From assembly GCA_033582675.1 (NCBI GenBank), contig JAVQZY010000019.1, positions 68,139 to 132,138 of the forward strand: a stretch of DNA of 64,000 nucleotides. Reading direction: 5' to 3'. Numbering within the stretch: position 1 is the first letter of the stretch; each line of letters opens with the position of its first letter. Source of the DNA: Burkholderiales bacterium. GTDB lineage: Bacteria; Pseudomonadota; Gammaproteobacteria; Burkholderiales; SG8-39. A program made the position numbers and the translations under genes. Shown piece after piece: positions 53,897-62,408 of the stretch. The notes beneath the pieces were generated by a model. It was not told the DNA's origin and did no database searches. It saw nothing but the letters and a program-made list of their open reading frames with translations.

Positions 53897-55237
53897 CTGA
53901 GCCCGCAGTACGACCTCTTCGTCATCGGCGCCGGCTCGGGCGGCGTGCGCGCTGCGCGCACCGCCGCCTCCTACGGCGCGCGCGTCGCGATCGCGGAAGC
54001 GGGCCCGTTCGGCGGCACCTGCGTGAACGTCGGCTGCATTCCGAAAAAGCTCTTCGCCTACGCCGCGCAGTTGCGCGACGCGTTCCACGACGCGGCCGAC
54101 TTCGGCTGGCGCCTTGCCGCGCCCGCCTTCGACTGGCCGACGCTGCGTCGCAACAAGGACCGCGAAATCGCGCGGCTCGCCAACGTCTACGAGCGGCTGC
54201 TCGCCGAGGCAGGCGTTTTCATCGTGCGCGGCCGCGCGCGCGTGCTCGATCCCCGGACGGTCGAGGTCGCAGGCGAGCGCTACCGGGCGCGCCATATCCT
54301 CGTTGCCACCGGCTCGCGCCCAGTCAAGCCGGCGATTCCGGGAGCCGAGCTCGGCATCACCTCCGACGAGGCGTTCTTTCTCGAGCGGCTTCCGGCGCGC
54401 GCCCTCGTCGTGGGCGGCGGGTATGTGGCGCTCGAATTCGCCTCGATCCTCAACGGCCTCGGCGTACGTACGACGCTCGCCTATCGCGGCGCGCGGCTGC
54501 TTCGCGGCTTCGACGCGGAGCTCGGCGAGCGCATCGCCGCGGAGCTCGCGAAAAAGGGCATCGACGTGCGCCTGCGGGCGAACCCGGCGCGGCTCGATGC
54601 GGGCATCGAGGTCGCCTTCGAGGACGGCGCGCGCGAGCGCTTCGACCTCGTGCTCTTCGCCACCGGCCGCAGGCCGAACACCGCCGGGCTCGGGCTCGAA
54701 GCGGCCGGCGTCGCGCTATCGGCCGACGGCGCGGTGATCGTCGACCGCTACTCGAAAAGCAGCGTGGATTCGATCTACGCGATCGGCGACGTCACGAACC
54801 GCGTCAACCTCACGCCGGTCGCGATCGCCGAGGCGATGTGGCTCGCGCGCACGCTGTTTCGCGGCGAGCCGACGCCGGTGGATCACGAAAACGTGCCGAC
54901 CGCGGTCTTCGCCGACCCGAACGTCGCCTGCGTCGGGCTGTCGGAGGAAGCCGCGCGCGCACGCTTCGGTGCGGCGGACGTCTACACCGCGTCGTTTCGC
55001 GCGCTGAAGCACACGCTCGGCGCGCGCGACGAGCGCGTGTTTTTGAAGCTCGTCGTCGAGCCGCGCACGCAGCGCGTCGTCGGCGCGCACATGATCGGGC
55101 CGGAGGCGGGCGAGGTCATCCAGGGCATCGCGATCGCGGTGAAGGCAGGGCTCACCAAGGCGCAATTCGACGCGACGATCGGCATCCATCCGACGGTCGC
55201 CGAGGAGTTCGTGACGATGCGCGCGAAAACGCGCTAG
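53897..55237 (+). CDS. gor: Glutathione-disulfide reductase
   Basis: YDLFVIGAGSGGVRAARTAASYGARVAIAE, the redox CxxxxC GGTCVNVGCIPKK, and HPTVAEEF at the C-terminus. There is no ATG or GTG near the conserved N-terminus. I place the start at CTG 53897 (LSPQYDLFVIG) with low confidence in the start itself. Confidence 0.82.
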   Translation: MSPQYDLFVIGAGSGGVRAARTAASYGARVAIAEAGPFGGTCVNVGCIPKKLFAYAAQLRDAFHDAADFGWRLAAPAFDWPTLRRNKDREIARLANVYERLLAEAGVFIVRGRARVLDPRTVEVAGERYRARHILVATGSRPVKPAIPGAELGITSDEAFFLERLPARALVVGGGYVALEFASILNGLGVRTTLAYRGARLLRGFDAELGERIAAELAKKGIDVRLRANPARLDAGIEVAFEDGARERFDLVLFATGRRPNTAGLGLEAAGVALSADGAVIVDRYSKSSVDSIYAIGDVTNRVNLTPVAIAEAMWLARTLFRGEPTPVDHENVPTAVFADPNVACVGLSEEAARARFGAADVYTASFRALKHTLGARDERVFLKLVVEPRTQRVVGAHMIGPEAGEVIQGIAIAVKAGLTKAQFDATIGIHPTVAEEFVTMRAKTR

Positions 55238-56154
55238 CGCGACGGCGCGCCGCGCTCGGCGAGCGCCGCCTCGTAGACGAGGCGCGCCGCGGCCGCATCC
55301 TCGACCGCGAGCCCGAGCGACTTGAAGACGACGGTGCGCCCCGGCTCGGGCGCCGGGCGCAGGCCGCCGAGGATCTCGCCGAGTTCCGCATACACGCTCG
55401 CCCCCGAAAGGATCACGTCGCCCGATTCCTTGAGCGCGGATTCGCGGCTGTCGGCGACCACCACGTTCGCCATCGCCGCGTCGTCCAGTTCGCGCCAGGC
55501 CGGGCGCGGCGCGCCGACCGCGGCGACAAAAGCGCCCGGCTTCAGCCATGCGCCGGCGAGCACCGGGCGGGTGGCGTTCGTGACCGTACAGACGATGTCG
55601 GCGCCGCGCACCGCCTGCTCGGCGCTCGCCGCCGCGACGCCGCCCACCTCGGCCGCGCAGCGCGCGACATTGGCCGGGTCGCGGCTCCAGATGCGGATCT
55701 CGCGCACCGGCCGCACCGCGCGCAGCGCCGTCGCGTGCGTGCGCGCGAGCGCCCCGCTGCCGAGGAGCGCCACCACCTGCGCATCGCGCGCGGCGAGGGC
55801 GTCTGCGGCGATCGCCGACACCGCCGCGGTTCTGAGCGCGGTGAGCCAGGTGCCGTCCATCACCGCGAGCGTGCGTCCGGTGTCGGGCTCCATCAGCACC
55901 ACCGTCGCCAGCGTGGTCGGCAACCCGCGTGCGGCGTTGCCCGGCACCACCGTGACGAGCTTGGTCACAAGCGCCTCCTGCGTGAGCGCCGGCTTGGCGA
56001 GAAAGAGTCCGCCGCTTCGCGGCATCTCGATCGCGAGCCGCAACGGCTGCACCGCGCGCCCGGCCGAGAACTCGACGAGCGCGCGCCGCAGCGCCTGCAT
56101 GAGCGCATCGAGCCGAAGCAGCCGACGCACGTCGGCATCGTCGAGGCAGAGCAT
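55234..56154 (-). CDS. Ornithine cyclodeaminase / mu-crystallin family protein
   Basis: Intact 306-aa ORF with TKLVTVVPGN, DGTWLTALRTAAVSA, LLGSGALARTH and VVFKSLGLAVEDAA. Confidence 0.85.
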   Translation of the reverse strand: MLCLDDADVRRLLRLDALMQALRRALVEFSAGRAVQPLRLAIEMPRSGGLFLAKPALTQEALVTKLVTVVPGNAARGLPTTLATVVLMEPDTGRTLAVMDGTWLTALRTAAVSAIAADALAARDAQVVALLGSGALARTHATALRAVRPVREIRIWSRDPANVARCAAEVGGVAAASAEQAVRGADIVCTVTNATRPVLAGAWLKPGAFVAAVGAPRPAWRELDDAAMANVVVADSRESALKESGDVILSGASVYAELGEILGGLRPAPEPGRTVVFKSLGLAVEDAAAARLVYEAALAERGAPSR

Positions 56155-56216
56155 CGCGAGTACCCGCGGTTCCGGCCGCCATCGATGTTAACGTTCGCGC
56201 CTCGATCGCAAAACCC

Positions 56217-57525
56217 GTGTTCGCCGACCGCTACGGACTGCCGGTCTCGACCCGCTCGCGCGAGGCGCTCGACGCCTACGTCGCCGGCGCAGACGCGATC
56301 CTTTCGGCGGGCGCCGACTGGCGCTTGGCCCTCACGCGCGCGCTCGACGCGGACCCGGAATTCGCGCTCGCGCGCATCGCGCTTGCGCGCGGGCTTTTTC
56401 TCGACGGGGAGGCGGCGGCAGCGCGCGCGCAGGCGGCGCGGGCGCGCGCGGCGGCGCGCGGCGCAAGCGAGCGCGAGCGCAGCCACGTGCACGCGCTCGC
56501 GCTCTCGTTCGAAGCCGAGCGCGACGCGGCGCTCGAAGCCGCGCGCGCGCACCTTGCGCGCTTTCCGCGCGACGCGATGGTGCTTGCGCCCGCGACCGGC
56601 GTCTTCGGCCTGATCGGCTTTTCCGGTCGCCCGGAGCGCGAGGAAGAACTCTACGCGCTGCTCGCATCGCTTTCCCCGCACTACGGCGAAGACTGGTGGT
56701 TCGACGCGGCGTACGCGTTCGCCGCCTGCGAGACCGGGAGGCTCGCGGAGGCCGCGCGCCGCATCGAGCGCAGCCTCGCCGCGCACCCGCGCAACGCCCA
56801 CGGCGCCCACGTGCGCGTGCACGTGCTCTACGAGTCGGGCGAGGCGGCCACGATCCGCGAATACCTCGCCGCCTGGATGCCGGGCTACGACCGGCGCGGG
56901 CTTCTTCACTGCCACCTGTCCTGGCACGCGGCGCTTGCGGCGCTCGCCGAGGGCGACCGAGACGGCGCCTGGGCCGCCTACCGCGCGGCGGTGCATCCGG
57001 GCGCCGCCTGGGGTCCGGCGATCAACGTCGCGACCGACGCCGCCTCGTTTCTCTGGCGCGCAGAGCTTGCGGGCGAACCGCGCCCGGCGGCGCTATGGCG
57101 GGACGTTCGCGACCACGCGCTGCGCTGCTTTCCCGCGGCGGGGCTCGTTTTTGCCGACCTGCACGCCGCGCTCCGCCTGCGGGGTCGACCAGTGCGGCGA
57201 CGAGGGCCAGCTCGCGCGCCTGCTCGAAGAGTTGCGCGAGCGGCTCGCCGAAGGGCGGCTCGCCGCCGGGCCGGTGGTGCCGGCGCTCCTCGAGGGGCTC
57301 GCCGCCTACGGCCGCGGCGACTGGAACGGCGCGATCGCGATCCTCGAGCCGGCGCTTGCCGCGACGGTCCGCATCGGCGGAAGCCGCGCGCAGCGCGATC
57401 TCGTCGAGCTGACGCTCGTTGCCGCCTGCCTGAAGGCGGGCCGCGCCGAGCACGCGCGCTCGCTCGTCGAGCGGCGTGCCGGCCGGCGCGCGCCGCTCGC
57501 TGCGCGGCCGCGCCTGTCCGCGTGA
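56217..57525 (+). CDS. TPR-containing protein, TTC38-like family; one frameshift near 57170 as read
   Basis: ORF 56217.. is sensible to ..GLVFADLHAAL and then turns Arg-rich. The text continues in ORF 56935..57525 as ..GDEGQLARLLEELRERLAEGRLAAGPVVPALLEGLAAYGRGDWNGAIAILEPAL...RAQRDLVELTLVAACLKAG. The family call is from memory of TTC38-like bacterial proteins. Confidence 0.55.
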
Positions 57526-57529
57526 ACGT

Positions 57530-58175
57530 TCAGCGCCGCTCGTCCCCGCCTTGCGGCCCGGAGGTCGTAGAGACCCTCGGCGCGCAGCGTCGCGATCAGC
57601 GCCTCCAGGCCCTGCACCCGGTGCGCGCGGATGCCGAGCGCGCGCGCTGCGGCGACGTTCTCGTCTAGATCGTCGAAAAACCAGACGCGCCCGGGTTCCG
57701 CACCGAGCGCTTCGAGCGCGTGGCGAAAAGCGCGGGAATCGGGCTTCATCAGCCCGGTGCGGAACGAGGCGAAACAGACATCGAAGAGCGTCTGCGCCTC
57801 GCGAAGGCGCGCCCAGTGCACCGGGTTGGGTGTTGCTCAGGCACGCGAGGCGATAGCGCAGCCGAAGCGCGCGCAGCAGCTCCGGTGCGCCGCGATAGAA
57901 CCCCGCCACCCAGTCGCCGAAAGCCGCGAGGAACTCGTGCGGCGCGAGCGAGAGCTCCCACTCGCGCACGAATTCGCGCGCGAACGCCTCGGCCGCGAGC
58001 CGCCCGCTTTCGAACTCGGCGAGCGCGCGCGAACGCTGCCAGCGGCGCGCGATCTCGTCTGCGCCGAGCCCGGGCAGCCACCGCGCAAGGGCCTGCACGG
58101 TCCGCGTCTCGACGAGCACGCCGCCGAGGTCGAAAACGGAGCACCGCCTCGCTTCGCGCCGCGTGCTGCGGTCAT
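57530..58175 (-). pseudogene. HAD-superfamily hydrolase, two to three frame changes as read; both ends tentative
   Basis: The pieces are MTAARGAKRGGA / VFDLGGVLVETRTVQALARWLPG...RLACLSNT (HAD motif I DxGGVL) / VHWARLREAQTLFDVCFASFRTGLMKPDSRAFRHALEALGAEPGRVWFFDDLDENVAAARALGIRAHRV (motifs III/IV). The frame changes lie near 58130 and 57830. The in-frame tail runs antisense into the TTC38-like gene, so a further shift to TGA 57530-57532 is suspected. Confidence 0.6.
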
Positions 58176-58203
58176 CGTGCCTTCCGATCCTGCGCCTCCG
58201 CGC

Positions 58204-58953
58204 CTACGGCGAGATCGCCCGCGCGATGAGCGATGCGCCGCTTGCGAGCAGAACGAGGGCGACCGCGCGCAGCAGCGCCTCGCGCGAGATGCGCCGGAAC
58301 GCGTGCGCCGCGGCCCAGATGCCGGCAAGCCCTGCCGGCACGACCGCGAGCGCGCAGAGCCACACCTTCGCCTCGAGCAGAAAGCCGGTGGCGAAGAACG
58401 CCGCCACCCGCAGCGAAATGCTCGTGAGCGTCGCAAGGCCGAGGGTCGCGCCGGAACTGCTCCTTCGTCAGGCCGCGGTGCGCGAGGTACATCGCGTAGG
58501 GCGGGCCGCCTGCGCCGAAGAGCGCGCTCGTCACGCCCCCGGCGAAGCCGGCGACCCAGGCCCAGCGCGGGCCGAGCCGCGGACCCGCGCTCGGCCCCGA
58601 GGCGAAGCTATAGAGCGCGAACCCCGCGACGAACAGGCCGAGGGCGAGCATCGCCGCACCGGCGCGGCAGGCGAACGAGAAGCGCCACCCCGGCGACGGT
58701 GCCGACGACGGATCGCCGGCACCATGCGCAGCCACTCGGCGCGCACCGCGTTGCGCGGATTCTCGAGCCCGACGCGCAGGGCATTGGCGAGGTCCATCAG
58801 CACGTAGAGCGCGAGCGCGAACGGCAGCGGCACGAAGTGCGTCGCGAGCGGGATCGTGACGAGCGCCGCGCCGAACCCGGTCAGGCCGAAGACGACCGAG
58901 CCGGCGAACGCGAGCGCGGCGAGCGCCGCAAGCTCCGCAGGCGCGACGCTCAC
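58204..58953 (-). pseudogene. TauE/SafE family (sulfite exporter-like) membrane protein, three frame changes as read
   Basis: The pieces are VSVAPAELAALAALAFAGSVVFGLTGFGAALVTIPLATHFVPLPFALALYVLMD...WLRMVPA / SVVGTVAGVALLVRLPR / AAMLALGLFVAGFALYSF...GFAGGVTSALFGAGGPPYAMYLAHRGLTKEQFR / ATLGLATLTSISLRVAAFFATGFLL...LLASGASLIARAI. The frame changes lie near 58712, 58665 and 58450. GTG 58953 overlaps the upstream stop (GTGA). Confidence 0.65.
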
Positions 58954-59732
58954 GCGCCCGGGAACGGCGTCACGACGAGCGCGTGCGCGTCCGAGCGGTT
59001 CATGCGCCGCAGGCGCTCGACGAAACGCGCGAACGGCAGCCGATAGCGCGCCTCGAGGCGCTTCGCGCGCTCGCGCAGCTCGCGCCATTCGATGCGCGCC
59101 GGCGCGCCCTTCAGCGCGAGCGCGACGATGTTCGGGTCGGCGAGCGCCGGCAGCGCGAGCACCGCGCCACCGAAGGCGCGCTCGAGGCGCTCTAGATGCC
59201 GGTCGAGGTGGCGGTCGTCGTCCATGAAGTTCATGACGAGCACCCCCGGCTCTTCGAGCGCGAGCCAGGCCGCGTCGAAGAACGCCTGCGAAACGAGCGC
59301 CGCAGGCGTCGTCTCGTCCTCGAAGCCGTCCACGACCAGCAGGTCGCAGCATTCGGGTTCGAGCGCTTCGCACCCGTCGCCGTGCTCGACCGAGAAGCGC
59401 GCGTCGTCGGCCGGGACGTGAAAAAACGCGCGCGCCGCCGCGATCACGCGCTCGTCGCGCTCGCGCACGCGAAGCGAAAGGCGCGGAAAATGCCGGTGCA
59501 GGAACTTCGCGAGCGATCCCCCGCCCAGCCCGACCATCAGCGCGCGCCGCGGCTCGGGGTGAAAGAGCAGGAACGACATCATGCAGCGCGTGTAGTCGAG
59601 CGCGAGCGCGTACGGGTCATCGAGCCGCATCGCGCTCTGGATCGCCTCGCCGCCGATGTAGAGCTCGCGCAGGCCGCGCGACTCGCTGATCGTGATCGGC
59701 GGGCGGCGGTGCCTGGGGCGAGCGGGGGGCAT
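58950..59732 (-). CDS. Spermidine synthase-like (polyamine aminopropyltransferase fold) protein
   Basis: Intact 260-aa ORF with LRELYIGGEAIQSAMRLDDP, ALMVGLGGGSLAKFL and CDLLVVDGFEDE. Confidence 0.7.
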   Translation of the reverse strand: MPPARPRHRRPPITISESRGLRELYIGGEAIQSAMRLDDPYALALDYTRCMMSFLLFHPEPRRALMVGLGGGSLAKFLHRHFPRLSLRVRERDERVIAAARAFFHVPADDARFSVEHGDGCEALEPECCDLLVVDGFEDETTPAALVSQAFFDAAWLALEEPGVLVMNFMDDDRHLDRHLERLERAFGGAVLALPALADPNIVALALKGAPARIEWRELRERAKRLEARYRLPFARFVERLRRMNRSDAHALVVTPFPGA

Positions 59733-59766
59733 CGGCGGCGCAGTATCGCGGGCTCGCGCCGCGCCT

Positions 59767-61672
59767 TCAGCGCCGCGCGCGCAGGATTGCGGCGAAATAG
59801 CGCGCCAGTTCCTCGCGCGCCGAAAGCGGCAGCACGTGCGCGACGTACTGGTCGGGGCGCACGACCACCATGCAGCCCGCGGCGCGGTCGATGCCGCGCA
59901 TCGCGTAGATGTCCTCGCCGCGCTTGAGGTCGGCGCAGAAGACCTTTTCGTAATCGCACAGGCCGTAGCGGCCGACCTGAGGCCGCAGCAGCGTCGGCAT
60001 CTCGGCGAACTCCACCTCGCGAAAGCCCTCCGGAAACACCGCGCGCACGTCGATCACCGCGTCGATGTCCTCGGCGCACCCCGTGTGGCGCACGACGGGC
60101 GAGGCCGGATCGCGCTCGAGCCACTCGCACAGGCCGGCGATCGCGCCGCCTGCGCGTCCGCGGTCGCCCGCGGGCGCGAATAGAAAAAGCCGGAACCGCG
60201 CATCGGCCTCGATGACGTGGCCGAGGTGCATCGGCTTTGCGTCGGCAAGACGAACGACCGGCGCCGAGTGAAAGCGCTTTCCGATCGGAAAGCCGCGCGC
60301 AAGGTGCTGCCAGGTGGGTGCGCCGGTGAGCACGCTCGGTCGCGTACTCGACCGTCAGCCCGCAGGTGAACGGCAGGTTCGCGACGAACTGGCGCGCCAC
60401 CTCCGGCAGCCCCGCCGCCTCGTCTTCCTTTCGCGAGCCGACCGAGCGCGACCACTCCCGGTCGAAATCGATGAGCGCCTGCGCGACCGCGCGCCGCTCG
60501 GCGGAATACGTGTGCAAAAGGGCCGGTTCCGCGCGCCCGGTGAGCACGAGGACGAGCTTCCAGCCGAGGTTGAAGGTGTCGCCCATGGAGACGTTCATGC
60601 CCTGCCCGGCCTTCGGGCTGTGCGTGTGGCAGGCGTCGCCCGCGAGCATCACGCGCGGGCTGCGGCGTCCGACCTCGGCCTCGGGCACGTCGTCGAACTT
60701 GTCCGTGAGCCGGTGGCCGAAGTCGTAGATCGACCACCACACCACCTCCTTCACCTCGAGCGTGAAGGGGTGCAGGATGCGGCGTGCCTTGGCGATCGCG
60801 TCCTCGACCGTGAAGCCGCGCTGGGCGGCGCGTTCGTTTTCGGCGAGCCGCTCCAGCTCCACGTAGATGCGAACGAGGTGCCCGCCCTCGCGCGGAAGCA
60901 CCATGAGGGTTCCCGCGTCGCGCGAACGCACGAACGACTTCATGCGCCAGTCGGGGAAGTCGGTCACCGCGAGGAGGTCGGCCACCCCCCAGGCCTGGTG
61001 CGACGCTTCGCCGCGCATCGTGCCCCCGATCGCGCGGCGCACCGCCGAGTGCGCGCCGTCGCAGCCGACGACGTAGTTCGCGCGCAGCCGGTGGCGCTCG
61101 CCCGCGCGCTCGGGCGTCGTGCGCTCGAGCGTCACCGTCACCGGGTACGTGGGCGCCGTCGGATCGACGTGCACGTCCACCACCTTCAGCCCGTAGTCGG
61201 GCTCGAGCCGCGCCGGCGCGTTGCGCATGAGCGCGAGGAACCGATCGTGCACGCGCGCCTGGTTGAGGAGCACGTGCGGCATTTCGGAAAAGCCGTCGGG
61301 CACGTCCTGCACGCGCGCGATCCGCTCGAGCGGCCGGCGCTCGCCCGGCCCCCAGAAGGTCGTTTCGTTCACCCAGTTCGCCTCGCGCATCACGCTCTCG
61401 GCGAAGCCGAACGCCTGGAACATCTCCATCGTGCGCACGCTGATGCCGTCGGCCTGGCCCTTGTCGATCGGCCCGAGCTTCGGCTCCACCACCATCGTGC
61501 GTATCGCCGGCACGCGCGCAAGCTGCGCCGCAAGGCACAGCCCCGCCGGCCCGGCGCCGGCGATCAGGACGTCCACCGCCTCGGGCAACGTCCCGTCCGG
61601 GCGGCGCCAGGCCGGCGCCGCCGGAAGGATGTCGGGATCGCCCGGCCGGAATCCGTCTACGTGAAAACGCAT
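59767..61672 (-). CDS. FAD-dependent aromatic-ring monooxygenase, phenol 2-monooxygenase / 3-hydroxybenzoate 4-monooxygenase family with a C-terminal thioredoxin-like domain; one frameshift near 60335 as read
   Basis: ATG 61672. Motifs include VDVLIAGAGPAGLCLAAQLA, YVVGCDGAHSAVRR and MLAGDACHTHSPKAGQGMNVSMGDTFNLGWKL (ORF 59579..62308 frame). After ..FTCGLTVEYAT the text continues in ORF 59767..60333 (LTGAPTWQHLARGFPIGKRFHSAPVVRLADAKPMHLGH...MVVVRPDQYVAHV). Confidence 0.82.
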
Positions 61673-61713
61673 CGTGTCGCCCCCTTGGCTTTTTCGCCCC
61701 GCGCCGCTACCAT

Positions 61714-61738
61714 GTATGCAAATAATATGAATGCATAC
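61714..61738. promoter_or_regulatory. Candidate MarR operator / divergent promoter core: GTATGCA-N11-TGCATAC inside an AT-rich patch
   Basis: It has 7-bp perfect inverted arms (61714-61720 and 61732-61738) around aataatatgaa. It lies within a locally AT-rich patch (about 61712-61740). It sits 42 nt from the monooxygenase ATG (61672, minus strand) and 43 nt from the MarR ATG (61781, plus strand). Confidence 0.5.
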
Positions 61739-61780
61739 GAGTTGCGTCAAGGGCGTCGCCGCGGGGCGGCGCGGGCACCG

Positions 61781-62254
61781 ATGCGTCGCCTCGACATGGC
61801 CGGCCATCTCATCCGGCGTCTGCACCAGCGCTCGACGCAGGTCTTCGAGGCGCGCACGCGCGCGGCCGGCTTCGACCTCACCTCGGTGCAGTTCGCCGCG
61901 CTCGATGCGATCGTCGAGCGCCCGGGGATCGACCAGGCGACGCTCGCGGCGACGATCAGCTTCGATCCGGCGACGATCGGCGGCGTCGTCGAGCGGCTGG
62001 AGCAGAAGGGGCTCGTGCGCCGCGCCGCGAGCGAGCGCGACCGGCGCGTGCGGCTGCTTTCGCCCACGCCCGCCGGCCGCCGGCTGCTCGCCGCCGTGCG
62101 TCCGGTGGTCGAGGCGCTTCAGGCCGAGATCCTCGCGCCGCTTTCGCGCGCGGAGCGCACCGCGTTCCTCGCGCTCGCGAAAAAGGCCCTCGGCCTCGAT
62201 GCGGCCGGGACGGCCCGCGCGCGCGCGAGCCCTCGCGCCGGGCGCCGCGGCTGA
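61781..62254 (+). CDS. MarR family transcriptional regulator
   Basis: ATG 61781 inside ORF 60314..62254 gives 157 aa: MRRLDMAGHLIRRLHQRSTQVFEARTRAAGFDLTSVQFAALDAIVERPGIDQATLAATISFDPATIGGVVERLEQKGLVRRAASERDRRVRLLSPTPAGR. It is divergent from the monooxygenase gene. Confidence 0.88.
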   Translation: MRRLDMAGHLIRRLHQRSTQVFEARTRAAGFDLTSVQFAALDAIVERPGIDQATLAATISFDPATIGGVVERLEQKGLVRRAASERDRRVRLLSPTPAGRRLLAAVRPVVEALQAEILAPLSRAERTAFLALAKKALGLDAAGTARARASPRAGRRG

Positions 62255-62408
62255 GACGGGTCGGGTCGCGGGCACGGGCGGCCCTCGGCGAAGCGCGCGC
62301 CGGCGCAAACGGCAAATAGCGCTCCTTTCCCGCGCCTATTTCGCGCGCGCCGGGCCGCGTGCGCGCGAATAATCGCCGCGAGAACACTTCAGGCCGGAGG
62401 GCCGGACG

